A stretch of DNA of 64,000 nt from Camelus dromedarius (taxonomy: Eukaryota): contig NC_087437.1 of the NCBI RefSeq assembly GCF_036321535.1, positions 102,302,001 through 102,366,000 on the forward strand, in the 5' to 3' direction. Every line of letters begins with the position of its first letter. Positions within the stretch are counted from its first letter, which is position 1. Below the pieces are notes generated by a model that was not told where the DNA came from, ran no database searches, and saw nothing but the letters and a program-made list of their open reading frames with translations. A program made the translations under genes and the position numbers. Positions 26,456-40,067 of this stretch are shown here, one piece after another.

Positions 26456-27012
26456 TCCCACTAGATATTAACTGCATATCTGTGTTCTCATGAATGTTTC
26501 CACAGCCTGCTTCCAACCTTGACCCTATTAGGAATAAGAGAAAGGACAATAAAGTATACAGGTAAGTAAACTATTCCTAAAAATTACCAAAGGAAAATCA
26601 CAGAGTGAAAAAATAATAATTTAGGCAAACTTTTTCCAAGTGTCAGATTATTATGTGCTGTTTTCCTTGCTTTTTGTTCATGGGGTATTTTAGGATGTTC
26701 TCAAGTGTTTGAGCAAAACAAGAGAGCTTTCTGAAGGGAAGAAAAAAGTAATCTCTTAGCATCTGTATCAGTGGCTTATTATAGAAATGTGCTGACTGAT
26801 GCACAGAGGGAGGCCCCCTCCACTCCCTCTGGCCTCCAGAAATGCTAACATTCTTTTCAATCTTGCCTTTTTTTTTTATTTTTTTGGTTTAAGTAAGCAT
26901 ACTCTCCCTATATAAGCAACGTGCCACGTATTTATTAAGAGGGTACTAAGTATGATTAAAAGTGAGAAGTAGGGGAAAGTGCCAGTAAAAGAGAATGGAT
27001 AGCATTAAAGCA

Positions 27013-27221
27013 ATTTGCAGATACTAACTGATATATATAGAATAGGTAAAAATTCATGCTGTGTAGCACAGGGAACTATATTTGATATCTTGTAGTAACT
27101 TACGGTAAAACAAAATATGAAAAAGAATATATATATGTTCATGTATAGTCGACTGAAGCATTGTGCTGTACACCAAAATTGACACATTGTAAACTGACTA
27201 TACTTCAATAAAACATATATA
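27013..27221 (+). mobile_element. Young lineage-specific L1, 5'-truncated 3' end
   Basis: gtagcacagggaactatatt...gtaaactgactatacttcaataaaa; TSD TAAAGCA (27006-12 / 27222-28); similar to 42428-42630. Confidence 0.9.
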
Positions 27222-27320
27222 TAAAGCACAATTTTAATACCTGCAGTGAAATATCATTAAGTCGTCATCATATCAGTCTGTGGATTAACTCATCCCAAAG
27301 AATGAATTGATTTTCAATTA

Positions 27321-27504
27321 CAGTGGACTCTTGAACAGCACAGATTTGAACTACTGATTTTTTTCACTAAATAGTACTTTGAAACTACAGAATCCCTGGT
27401 TGATTGAATCCTCGGACATGGAACCACATTCATGGAGGGCTGACTCTAAAGTTACACTTGGATTTTCGACGAAGCAGTCAGTGCCCCTAACCCTGGTTTT
27501 GTTC
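27321..27504. mobile_element. Tigger2a/MER8-type non-autonomous DNA transposon
   Basis: TA-cagtggactcttgaacagcacagatttgaact ... ggattttcgac...gtgcccctaaccc...ttgttc. Confidence 0.75.
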
Positions 27505-29077
27505 CCTTATGCATCATATTTTGGGGTTAAAGGCAGAAGTATAAAAAGCCAGTTAATCACCCATCAGCATTATATTTTACTATGTTGGAAGTTATTCAAT
27601 AAAAAATTACAGATGAGTGAATACCAAGAGGAAATGTTATATAACAGTTATTATATAAAATACAACAATGAAAGCTCGCATCTTTCTGTTCAGAATATTC
27701 ACTACCACTTTAACGTTCTGCTAACTTAAGCTTAGAAGGGGTTGCCAAATAGACAACAGTGAAGTTTAGTTTAGTTTTATGGTGGCATAGGATTTAGTTG
27801 GTGTTTCGTTTTACTTCTAGTGACAACAAGGAGCAAGGTATAATTTTTTTTAGAGGAATTTGCCACGAGAGAGGTCCCTCCCTACTATTTTGGTAGAATT
27901 TATTTCCCTCCCAGGACATGCCCTAGGATTTCATCTTTTTACCAGATTTCTTACTAGTGTCTTAAAAATGATTAAAGAAAATCTAAATCTGACTTAAAAG
28001 ATAGAATCCAAGACTTAACTAGTCTTCTGCGGTACCTCAAGTATTGTTTGCCTCTAAGTATAACTGCATATATTTATTGTTTCAGAATATTCTATTGGCA
28101 TTTACAAATGCCAAATACATTCAGAAACATTTCAGTCAGAATCGCGTTCCTAGTGGTAGGGAGATTAGGGAAAGGGTAAATGGGAATTGACGATCATCTC
28201 TCTTCTTCACCAGCAACTCAGGAAAACAGCTGAGACCCTGCTTAAAGGGCAAGTGCTCCACCTGCCTAGCCTGTAATGAGCTAATTGCCTACCTGTCAAC
28301 TCATCTTTCCATTTTCCTTCACTCACAGATGGCTTTTTAAAAATGTGAAAATGTCCTTTCCTCTGAATACAAAGAGGAGGGCAGAACTTGAAAAAACCAC
28401 TGGCCTTAGAGTGCTGTTTACAATTTAATCTTTTTAAAATACAGAATGCCATCAAAGCAAGTATCACCTCGTTTTGTATATTGTTTAAAGAAAGGTGCTT
28501 ACTCCAAGATCTTACATCTTAATACTGTTGTATTTGACATTATTAAAGCAGGATTAACTTGGCTAAGCACACTCATTTAAACTCAGATCATTTTATATAT
28601 TTTCTATAGCTCTCTCAATATGTAGAATCTCTAATTAAAATATACTTTAAACACTTAACAATTGGAATAATTAAGAGTTCAGACAGGTGTTTGGGGGGAG
28701 AAGGGAGGAGAAACCCTGTTTCTTATTAGAATGTAACTTTATACTAAACAGATTATATGAAAGACCTTTAGTTAAAAATAAAATAGTTAAAAATACAGGT
28801 TAGGGGGAAAATTCTTCCTGGACATTTGGAAAGCCCCAAATTCCATTGTATTAACTTATCATTGCCAGCTCGTCAGTCAGAGGTTAAGTCCTCACTGTGC
28901 TTTAATCTTCTTAGAATGCATGGATTTTGGAGGTATATGTGGCCCTGTAGTATCCTTTATCATCTGCTGTTCTGCCTTCCCCAGCAAGTCAGAGGACTCT
29001 GTAATGGTTTTGAAAGCCACAGTTTATTCATGCAAAGTATTTTAAAATCATGTTTGAGCCCTGTTTCAATAAAGAAA

Positions 29078-31833
29078 TTTTCAGTTCAGTTATAGTTAAC
29101 ATAATATATTAGGTTTAGCCATACAACATAGTGATTCAATAATTATTCAATATTCAATAGTATACTTTAAGGGATGATCCCCACAGTAAGATCAGTTACT
29201 ATTCATCATCATACAAAGTTATTGCAATACAGTATCATTGGCTGTATCCCCTATGTGTACATTACATCACCGTGACTTACTTATCTTATAGCTGGACTTT
29301 TCTATCTCATATCTGCTTCATGTAGTTTGTCCATCTCCCCACCCTCTTATCCTTTGGTAACCACCTGTTTGTTCTCTGTATCTATGAGTCTGTTTCTGTT
29401 TTATTTGTTTCTTCCTTTTGTTTTTTGGTGTTTTATTTTTTTCCTGTCTGATTTATTTCACTTAGCATAATACTCTCCAGGTTCATTCACCTTCCTGCAA
29501 TTGTCAAATTTTTATTCCTTTTTTATGGCTGATTAATATTTCATTGTAGGGATACATACCACATATTTCTTATCCATTCATCTATGGATAGATAATTAAG
29601 TTGTTGCAGTATCTTGGCTATTATAAATAGCACTGCAGTGATATAGGGGTACATATAGCTTTTTAAATTAATACTCAACCCAAAACTGGAGTTGCTGGAT
29701 CATATGGTAGTTCTATTTTCAGATTTTTGAGGAATTCCCGTACTGTTTCTATAGTGACTATACCAATTTACATTCTCACCAACAGTGCACAAGAGCTCCC
29801 TTTTCTCAATATCCTAGCCAACATACTGTCTTTAGATAATTGCCATTCTGAAAGTCATGAGGTAGTATCTCACTGTGGTTTTGATTTGCATTTCTCTGCC
29901 TTATGGTTAGCAGTGTTGAGCACCTTTTCGTATGCCTTTTGGCCATCTCTGTCATCCTTGAAAAAATGTCTGTTCAGGTCTTATGCCAATTTTCTAATTT
30001 TTTTTAAACTATTGCATTGTATGAGTTCTTCATATATTTTGGATATCAGCTTCTTATTGAATATACTGTTTACAAATATGTTCTCCCATTCAGTAGCTTG
30101 CCTTTTCGTTTTGTTTGTGGTTTCCTTCACTGTGCAAAAGCTTTTTAGTTTGATGTAGTCCCATTTGTTTATTTTTTCTTTTATTTCCCTTACCTGAAGA
30201 AACCTATCCAAAACATATTACTAAAATCTCAGAGGTCATTGCCTATGTTTTCTTCTAGGAGTATTATAGTTTCAGGTCTTACATTAACATCTTTAACCTA
30301 TTTTTTGTTTATTTTTGTATATTAAGTAGGAAAGTGGTCGAGTTGTATTATTTTGCATGTAGTTGTCCAATTTTCCCAACACTGTTGCTTAGCAATTCTG
30401 TCTTTTCCTTACGGCATATTCTTACCTTCTTTGTCATAGATTACTTGGCTGTATGAAAATGGGTTTATTTCTAGAGTCTATTCTATTCCATTGATCTATG
30501 GGTCTGTTTTTGTGGCAGTACTATACTGTTTGAATTACTATAGCTTGGTAGTATAGTTTCAAGCCTGGGAGCATTATACCACCAGCTTTATTATTTGTCA
30601 AGCTTGCTTTGGCTATTCTGGGTCATTTGTGGTTCCATATAAGTTTTAGGATTATTTACCCTAGTTCTGTGAAAAATGACATTGGCATTTTGATAAGGAT
30701 TGTGTTGAAGCTTTGGATAGTGTAGACATTTAATGATATTGATTCAGCCAATCTGTGAGCATGGTATGTATATCTTTCCATTTATTTTTCAGTTTCTTTC
30801 CTCAGTGCCTTACAGCTTTTGCAGTAGAGATATTTTACCTCCTTGGTTAAATTCATTCCTAGGTATTTTATTCTTCATGATGTACTTGGCAATGGGAGTA
30901 TTTCTTCATTTCTTTTGCTGATAGCTTGTTGTTAGTGTAGAGAAATGCAACAAATTTCTGTATTTTAATTTTTATATCCTGCAACTTTAGTGAATTTACT
31001 TATTAGTTCTAACAATTTTTTGATGGAGTCTTTGGGGTTTTCTTTAAGTGGTACTATGTCATCTGCAAATAGTGACAGTTTTACTTCTTCCTTTCCAATA
31101 TGGATGCCTTCCTTTTATTTTTTTTCTTGCCTAATTTCTGTGGCCAGGACTTTCAATACTGTGTTGAATAAAAATAGTGAGATTGGGCATTTCTGATCTT
31201 AGAGAAAAGGCGTTTTAGCTTTTCACTGTTGAGTATGATGTTAGCTGTAGGTTTGTCTTATATGGTCTTTAATATGTCTAGGGATGTTCCCTCTATACCT
31301 ACTTTGTTGAGAGTTTGTATCATAAATGGATGTTGAGTTTTGTCAAAACCTTTTTATGCATGTACTGAGGTTATCATATGGTTTTTATCCTTCATTTTGT
31401 TAATGTGGTGGACTACAGTGATTAATTTACAAATATGAAACCAGCTTTTCATCCCTGGAATGAATATCACCTTATCACGGTCTAAGATCCTTTCCATGTA
31501 TTGTTGAATTCAGTTTGCTAATATTTTGTTCAAGATTTTTGCATCATATTTATCATGGATATTGGCTTGTAATCTTCTTCTTTGTGTGTATGTGGTGACT
31601 TTTTCTGATTTTGGTATCATGGTAATAATACTGGCCTCATAAAATGAGTTTGTAAATATTCCTTTCTCTTAAAATTTTTTTGGAATAATTGGAGAAGAAT
31701 TAGAGAAGAATTAAATCTTATTTAATTTTTGGTAGGTTTTACCTGTGAAGCCATCTTAACCTCTATGTACAGGTGTAGATTTGGTGTGTCTATGGGAGGA
31801 GGTAAGCTCAGAGTCTTTCTACGCCACTATCCT
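29078..31833 (-). mobile_element. L1 (3' UTR plus ORF2 RT/C-terminal part, 29078-31756) fused to the extreme L1 5' end (31761-31833)
   Basis: ORF 29981-30211 ([26 protein letters not shown]) is L1 ORF2; ORF2 homology stops at the DGFTG codons; on - 31833-31761 reads gatagtggcgtagaaagactctgagcttacctcctcccatagacacacc, an L1 5' terminus pattern. Confidence 0.9.
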
Positions 31834-31873
31834 CTAAAATGCTCAAGAAAATCTTATTTCTAGTTGTCCTGAG

Positions 31874-32286
31874 TGTTGCTTCACAAACTTAGGAGTTTCC
31901 TGGGTGTAATCTGACACTGGCCCCCTTATGAGGATGGTAAGAAGGGACTGAAGAAAGAGGCAGATCACTCCATATTGGTAGGTGGCTGGCTTAATAAGTA
32001 CAAGACTTGTCTTGGGTGGCTCAAAACAAGTATATCTTTGCACTCATCACCAGAATTTTAAAGTTCATATAGAAACTTTTACTGCGATTAGTTATGCACA
32101 CCCTCAAGATGATCTCAGCACCACACCACAATATCAAGGCTATGTCCGTGAGGCAGCTTCTCCCATAGGAAAGGCAATTGGAATGTGCATTCCAAGGTCA
32201 GGGAAAAGGGTAAGGAGCCTCTGACTGCTCAGGTCCAGCTTGTGGATCAGCTAGGAGTCATGTCCTCTCAATGACCTCCTCCAACA
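31874..32286 (-). mobile_element. ERVL-type solo LTR (MER54/MER74-like)
   Basis: TGTTG...CAACA termini with perfect 5-bp TSD CTGAG. Confidence 0.85.
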
Positions 32287-33014
32287 CTGAGGCATATGGA
32301 GACAAATCAACTGAAAGATCCCTCATAAAATTGACAGTCCACAGGGGAGATACACCTGCAAAAAGTTAGACTTGTATTTAATGTCTGTGTCTTCCTTACT
32401 AGTTGTTTGAAAATTTTTTTAAGAGAAAAATGCATGAATAAATAAGGAAAGTAATATAATTTTATTTGAACTTGTGTTCTAAAATACCTTGATAATTTGT
32501 TAGTAATGATTGCTGGAAGAGGTTCTAGTTAGAAATAACTCCAGAAGCACCAATTATCCTCAGACAGTGAAGCTCTTTAGTAACAGGTGTGACAGAAATG
32601 ATGCTCCCTGGGTAGTGTGGATATTGAGAGAAAAGGTAGATTTCTGTTTCCTACCTAAAAATGTTGAAAATATTCAATGACAGGTACTAGACTGTAGATG
32701 ATTGTAGCAAAGTAGATGTAATTCGAATATGGGTTCAGGCAAAGGCATAGGCAGCAAAATGATAGTGAAGAAATGAATCTAAGAGTTCCGCAGAAGATGA
32801 GTTGATGAGAGAGGCCACATTTTGTTAACAAGGTCTGGGTTCCTTTTGTGGCCATGCACAGTTTTCATGATACTGTAGTTCTTACTGAACACAAAACTAA
32901 TACTGTGAAAGCTTAAAAAAAAAGGCAGCAGGGGCTCAGGGCAGGATTGAGGCGAGGCTGGGAGTTGGAGAGTCTGCTTGGGGAGTTGGTATTTTAGATA
33001 CACATTTAGGGATA

Positions 33015-33420
33015 TGTCCTAATTAGTTAGGACTGCCATAACAAAGTCCCATAGATTGGGTGTCTTGTAAGCAACAGATGTTTATTTCTCACAGTTCTAG
33101 AGGTTGGACGTCTGAGACTAGGGTGCCAGCATGATCAGGTTCTGATGAGAGTCCTCTTCTGGGTTGCAGACAGCCATTTCTCATTGTATCCTCACATGCT
33201 AGAAAGAGAGAGGGAGGGAGTTCTCTGGGGTTTTTTTGTTTGTCTGTTTGTTTTTATTTTTAATAAGGTTATTAATCCTGTTCATGAGGACTCTACCCGC
33301 ATGATCTCACCACCTCCCAAAGGCCTCACTTCCTAATACCATCACCTTAGGGGTTAGAATTTCAACATACGAATTTGCAGGGGTAAGGTGGGTTGGGAAC
33401 AAAACATTCAATCCATAGCA
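33015..33420 (-). mobile_element. MLT1A-type MaLR solo LTR
   Basis: ctgccataacaaagt...tttatttctcacagttct...acattcaatccatagca; TSD ggata/gaata. Confidence 0.9.
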
Positions 33421-34679
33421 GAATATATAGGTAAAAAGATGAATGGAGCTTTGAGAAGGGCTTCCTGTAGAAATGTAAGGAAACTTCCAGTGGTATGTTC
33501 AAGAAAGGGCATAATTCAATGCAAGTAAAAAAGTAATTTCCTTGGAAATATTTTAAATAGTTTTGCATGTATAGAAAGTAATACAACTCATCAAAGTATT
33601 TCAAAATACTCACTAGATACTTTGAAGAGCAGTTCTTTTACCTGTGTTTGGAACGGCAAGGTTTTCCCCACTGTCATTCACTTTCATGTAATAGAAAACT
33701 AAGCTGGGTCCAGCTTATAGGCGTTAGTTTTTTTTTTTGTTTGTTTCTTTTGGCAATTGTGAAATTACCAAAGGAGAGTTCAGAATGGAATGAATAAGTA
33801 AATTTTGAGAAAGAATTTGAAGAGAAAAAAGAGTATCCCATCAGGAAAAAGAAAATGAAGATGATTATTATGTGTCACAATTAAAATGAAGACTAAATCA
33901 ATAAGGTTGTTGTAGAATGCAAGATGTTTAGGTCAAGGCAAGAGGAATATAAAAAATTTTTATGAAGAACATAAAGGAAGATTTTCCCACTTAAATTAAT
34001 AGAGAAATGATTACTTGGTGAAAATGGTGTTGAAAGTGATGTGAAGGTGACTTTTTCCAATATGTCAAAAGCTCTGGAAACATTAATAAATTGATTCTTA
34101 TGTGAGAAGTCAGTGAATCTTTCAACAGGAAGTTTAAAATCAAGAGACCATTCAGAACTAAGGTGTGACTTAAATGGCCAGTGTCTTTGAGAGAAAGAAG
34201 AGAAAGTGATTGCAGTAATTGACCCAGCATTGTTCTGAAAGTTGCTCTTGGCAGTTCCCAGAATGACTCAACAGATAAAAGATAAGTTATAAAATGTTAC
34301 CTAGCTCTCGTGTTGACAATGATACTCATGTATTAGAAAAAGAAAAACTGGCAAAAATGATAAGTGGTAAAAGTGCTCACATTCATGGGAAAATTAACTT
34401 GTTTGGCATCTTGCCTATGTGGTGAGTTAGCAGCAGTGGAGCCACAATAAATCAGATGTGTGTGCAAGGAAAGATTATCGATGAAACATTCATTGAAGTT
34501 ACCCACAGTATTCAAATATATGGTATATATTCTTTGAGCTTAAATGACCTCAAAGGTTTATACTTAAGTACAAATCAACTGTTCTTAAGTAATGGATTCA
34601 TAGAACAGTGGGGATGGCACAGTGCTCTGAATACAAGCAGTTGCTTCAGATGGTCTTGCCAATTACAGTTGCTCTTTTA

Positions 34680-35410
34680 TTTGTTTTTTCATTGCGTATA
34701 GTTGATTTACAATGTTGTGTTAATTTCTGGGGTACAACATAGTGATTCAGTTATATACACATGTATATATATGTATATGTAGTATTGAATATTGAATATT
34801 GTTTCCTATGCTATACAGTAGGACCTTGCTGCTTATCTATTATATGTATATAATATATAATATTTATTACTATTTATTATATATATTTATTTAGTAGTAT
34901 CTTCCAATTTATCCCTCCACCTCACCTCTTCCCTCCAATAACTACAAGTTTTCTATGTCTGTAAGTCTGTTTCTGTTTGTAAAGAAGTTCATTTTTTTTT
35001 TTTAGATTCCACATATAAGTCATATCACAGGATATTTTTCCTTCTCTTTCTGGCTTACATCACTTAGTATGGAGAGATCCAAGCCCATCCATGTTGTTGC
35101 AAATGGCTTTATTTAATTCTTTTTTGGTTGAGTAATATTCCATTGCAGATATGCACATACCATATATATATACCATTATGTGTGTGTGTGTGTATACATA
35201 CACACCACATCTTCTTTATCCAGTCATCTATTGATGGTCCTTTGGGTTGTTTCCATGTCTTGGCTATTGTATATAGCACTTCTATGAACATTGGGGTGCA
35301 TGTGTCTTTTTGAATTAGAGTTTCCTCCAGATATATACCCAGGAGTGGGGTTGCTGGATCATATGGTAAGTCTGTTTTAAGCTTTTTTAGAGGAATCTCT
35401 ATACTGTTTA
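34680..35410 (-). mobile_element. L1 3' fragment
   Basis: tagttgatttacaatgttgtgttaatttctgg; ORF 35109-35291 (MFIEVLYTIAKTWKQPK) is the ORF2 C-terminus; ttgctcttt on both flanks. Confidence 0.9.
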
Positions 35411-35689
35411 TCCATGTTTATACCATTGCTCTTTATTTCCTGGCGTAGGTCTGTGTTCATTCAAGTATTGCACTGTGTTGCCACGTTCTACCAAGACCAT
35501 CACTCATAGGAACTTCTAACTAAAGAAATACAAGACTTTAAAGATCATAAAATAAATGAGAAACTAGGAAGATTTGAGAAAAATTATGTAAATTTAAATG
35601 TGGCAATTCCTTAATTAACATCCCTGCCTCAAAAAGAAAGCTTTGGAAAAAGGTTTAGAATGCCTTAGTACTTTCTAAATGGGGCATCA

Positions 35690-36745
35690 GTGATTTCATA
35701 ACCACCAAATCTTATTTTCTTTTTCCTTATACTCAATGCACTGTATAAGACTGTTGTCAACTTCTTTCCTTTTGAAAGTCTTTCTTTTACAGGCAATACA
35801 CATTTTTGTCTTCCATATGTCTCTCATCATTTTTATTCTGTTATTCACCAGTTTTTTTGTTATTCACTCTTCCCTAAAATGTGGTTCCTAATGGATTTAT
35901 TCCTCTCATTCCACATTATTTCCTTTGTTAACATCCTTTACCAATGTGCTTTCAGAAGTCACTTCTATGTTGACAACCCTCAAATTGTCCTTTCCAGTTC
36001 AGGCACTCTTCTCTTATTCTACATATTTATTTTCAGATGTCAGCATGTAGCTCCATATTAGTACAATGCCTGCTCTTGCCAGCCTGTCAAATAAAAAAAT
36101 TATTCACCTTCCCCTCTTTAATAATATCACCAACTTCTAGGTCTGCCACCATCTTCTACTAAAAATCTTAGCACATGTTTTTAGTTCCTTCTTTTTTATC
36201 TCTCATCAAATATTGTCACAGAAAAATATCTTCTTACTTTAATTATTCTGACACTGGCCCTTTCCTGCAGTGTTCACTAAAATTTTTGTGATAGATTCTT
36301 AAATGTTCTTTGTGTCCCAAATTTCACATGTTCAATCCATGCTTTAGCTGACACTAGATTTTTTTTTTGTTCTATTCCAAAGATCTAGCCATCATATATC
36401 ATGTAAATGTCTTTAAGCCTACAGAAGATATGTCTAACTTCTATTTTGTAGTATTTGGGACATTCCACGTTACATCTCCAACTTCTCTTTCCAGACTTAA
36501 TATCCTTAATGTTAATTCAAACCAAACAGAATGCTTTGACATTTTCTGACAATATCCTTCCCATATTCAAAATGTTCCTTGATCCTGAAATATAATTGCT
36601 CAACCACATTGGTCTACAACTTAGAAACACTCTTGTAAACTCTCAAAGATCCTTCGACTAAATGTAATCACTTTCTCTCCAGTGCTCCAACTGCAGAATA
36701 TTTAAACTTGTCTAACAGTATTTATCATGTTCTGTTGTGCATTAA
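35690..36745 (+). mobile_element. L2 fragments
   Basis: cacttctatgttgacaaccctcaaat (YADD-like RT motif region) plus downstream L2-like 3' sequence. Confidence 0.5.
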
Positions 36746-36774
36746 GGCAATCCATGTGGTAAAGTCTAAATCCA

Positions 36775-37265
36775 TGTTGTCAAAAGCCAGATTACAAACC
36801 TGTAATCTGACAAAACAGAGCTTTGACTTGATGTGGCAAGGGAGACATTCCAGAGGAGTATCTCTCATAAGGTTTGGCATCCCGTGGAATGATTTTGAGA
36901 AAGGTCTAAGGAAAGTAGGGTTAGTTTTGGATGTCACTTTTCCTGAGGCAAGATTAGGAGAAGTGGGGATTACCTAGGCATCGCTACTCTCATAAAGTGA
37001 AGATGGCTTAGTAAATGTGTATCTCTAGCTACAAAAGAAGTTAGCAAAGAATGTGATTGGTAAGAAAGCAGTCATCACAGTCATCACTCAAAAAAGAGAT
37101 CATTATGGCGTTTTGCAGTTGCTTTGTGACCTTGGGAGATAGAATATTTCCTGTTAATTTAGTAGCTGTCATTTTCTTTGTCTACCAGTTCTCCTTCCCG
37201 CAGCCTAATTATTAATGAGAAGGATTTTTTTGTCTTATTCAGTCCAAACTGAATTTTACTTTCAT
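36775..37265 (-). mobile_element. Probable old ERV1-type solo LTR
   Basis: tgttgtcaaaagccagattac...tttactttca termini and LTR-like composition; TSD not clear. Confidence 0.4.
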
Positions 37266-37389
37266 TTATAGGCAGTGTTTAACACTGTCCCATAGATATA
37301 TAATATTGTCTCTGCTACTTGCAGAGAGGGACAGTATTTGTTCCTCTTTTTCAGGGGAAATAATGTAACTGATCAGTCAAGAAGCAGTT

Positions 37390-37580
37390 TTGTAATTGCA
37401 TGAGTTCCAGTCCTGGTTACCCTATTTTGTAGCTTTTTTATAATTTCATCTGCTCGGGCTATTTCCTCAGCAGTAAAATGGAAATAATAGTATATTATAT
37501 ACCTCATAATCTTGTAATGAATCATGAAGTAATAATTCTTTTAAATTCTGTTACATAGTGATTGGCCTTTATAACCCCTC
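37390..37580 (+). mobile_element. MIR SINE
   Basis: gagttccagtcctggtt...tttcctcagcagtaaaatggaaataatagta...acctcata. Confidence 0.65.
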
Positions 37581-38194
37581 AAAAAGCATTACATCATATT
37601 TTGTAATTTCCATACAGTTCCTAGTACAAATATTTATACATAACAGACTTTTATAAACCCAGAAAAATAAAATTAAGAGAAAAATACATCCTGTTATGAA
37701 ACTCAAAGACAACTACTCTTTTATTGTGATATAGTTATTTATTGTTTTCAATTTTTTGCTTTATATAATCAGTTATAAGCATTTATGTTTAAAATATGTT
37801 CTTATATTTTTTCAGATTTAGGGTCATTTTGTTAAGGGAGATTTCCTAAAGTAGAATGATTGTTTTGGAATAATGTGTCTGTATGTTTAAGTCACATAAA
37901 AATGTAGCATTGATATTTCTTTTTTATGAACATAGTCAAAATTTATGAAGGAAAGTGAGCACACTAGGAGAAATATGCAATCAAAAATGTCTGTCCTTTT
38001 CTTTAATGTGATTACATAAATAATAAATACCTTTAGTATAGACCCAAGTATTTAAGTGTGTTTCTTACACTTGAACTCTGCCAGGAGTACTGATTGGTAC
38101 AAAACTGGTGCTCAATATTATTCAATTAAGTAATTGAAAAATTTTTACCGCCTCATTCTTTCAAAATGCAGTGAAACTTAACAAGCTCTCAAGA

Positions 38195-38285
38195 GCTAGT
38201 AAGTAGTGGGCTCTGTGCTAAGGGCTGGAGCACAGAGATAAAAATCATAGACTATATCTTCAAAAAGTTCATAATCTGGTTGATA
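38195..38285 (-). mobile_element. L2 3' fragment
   Basis: ggctctgtgctaagggctggag...ttcaaaaagttcataatctggttg. Confidence 0.55.
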
Positions 38286-38935
38286 AACCAAAATATAAGA
38301 TGTAGTTTTATCACGTCTGATTGCTTTAAAACCTTTCAAATGACTAAAATTAAATCTTCTCCCTGTTTCCCACAGAAAGAAAGGCAGAGAGAGAGAGACA
38401 AAGACAGAGACAGAGGGAGGGAGAGATAAATATTGGAGGGAGGAGGAAAGAAAGGAAAAGGAAAAATTCATTATCATTTTGGCAGCAACTTAGTGGAGGG
38501 CTCTTTATACTTGATTCAGATTATTTTTCAAACATCTCTTACTTTTGAGCCATATATTAGGTCTGATTCATTAATTGCATTACAGCAGGACATAGCCTAG
38601 GAGATAATATTTAACCCTCTCTTGTATTCATGTAGTACAAGGAAATTTTTAAAAAATTGCAGTGATCTTCCCCCATCACTATATTTGTTTGGATATTTCA
38701 AAAGAGTTGTTTATGCTGGAAGATTAAAACTCATTTACTTATTAAATCAAAATTTCCGGAGATATGGGAAACTGAAATAAACAGAATCAATCAACTTGGA
38801 AAACACACAAAACTGCTCTTTCTAGACACTGTTTTGTGTTATACTGAAATTGTTTTATTGTAAAGGGAAGTCCTACTTCAGATAAAGAGTTCTAGAGCAG
38901 GGCTGCCTGGTTTTGAATACTTACCACCATGTTTA

Positions 38936-39123
38936 CTTATTTTATCAAACGTAAGACATCATTTTTTTAAACATACATAATTATTTGATATATCATCACC
39001 TAGACATGCACAGGCAACCTCTACAAATAACTTGTAGGATACCGATTATTTCAAGATGCATCTTAAGTTCGAAAATGTTATAATATGAAAAAAAGTGTGC
39101 ATCTTAGAGTTGATGAAATACGG
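38936..39123. mobile_element. MER104-like (TcMar-Tc2) element inserted in a MIR (~38890-39270)
   Basis: Right TIR gtgtgcatcttagagttgatgaaatacgg; degenerate left TIR tttatcaaacgtaagac; MIR halves flank it (ctgcctggttttgaat / tgggcaaattactt). Confidence 0.65.
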
Positions 39124-40067
39124 AAGTAGCAGAGTGAACATGGGCAAATTACTTCATCTAAATAAAACAGCTTTTTGTGTCTAAGAAGAGTGCCAAGAAA
39201 AGTACCTACCTATTTAAACTGTTCGATGATTAAATTATAGAGTTGATGTAAAGTTTTTAGATTGCATGACATGTGCTGAACTAATTAGCTGGAAATAAAA
39301 GGCTAACTTATTACATTTTTAAAAACAATATTATAATGTAAAAAAGGAAACAAAGAAGCGTATTTCTTTCACATGACAGCTTTACTGGAAGGCAGTAGCA
39401 AAAACCTGTGATAATCTGCATTTTGCACAGTGGTTCTACAAGTCTGTCTGGTTCCATCAATAAGAGAAAGAGAAAAAGAATAATATGGGAAAGGCCACAG
39501 AGTTACAGACTCAGGCCCAAAAGTGGCACAATGCTGTTCTTGGCATGGGAAAAATTTAATCTCATATACTATGTCTGTGTGTAAGGTAGGGCTAGAAATG
39601 AATTCTCTAGCTCGAAAGCCTCATGCCTAGGAACAACCCTCTTCCTAGGTAAGAACGGGAGTGGGGATTTAGTGGAGAGCTAAAAAAATTCTGCCATGAT
39701 ACAAGTATACGTTCAATAAATATCAGCTGTTATTTTATTATTAGCCCAAACCAAAAAGGTTTCTGAAAAAGGAAAATGCTGTATTAGCTTAGTACAATTG
39801 TGAAACGGGAAGGATTACTTCTTCCTAAAACATAGAAAACTCAAAGGTTTGTTTATTTGTGATGTTTTAGGTGTAATGTGTTCTCAATATATTCTCACCA
39901 CATTATTTTAATGAAGGCATGACTACAACTAAATCTTATTTTTCACTACTTGGTGGTAAGATCGAGGTATTTTTCCTTGCGCTTATTGGTCATTTTCATA
40001 GTCATCTAGAAATGGGAAGCTAAGCCTCTTAAATTTTCCATGAAATCATTTGAAAATAAAATAGAAA

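Noticed and set aside
29727..30158. 143-aa hydrophobic ORF resembling a membrane protein
   Set aside because: Antisense reading of A-rich L1 ORF2.
39280..39700. Possible very old MLT1 LTR (similar hints at ~47560-47770 and a CR1/L3-like piece at ~34000-34170)
   Set aside because: Too degenerate to support by eye; needs a Dfam HMM search.
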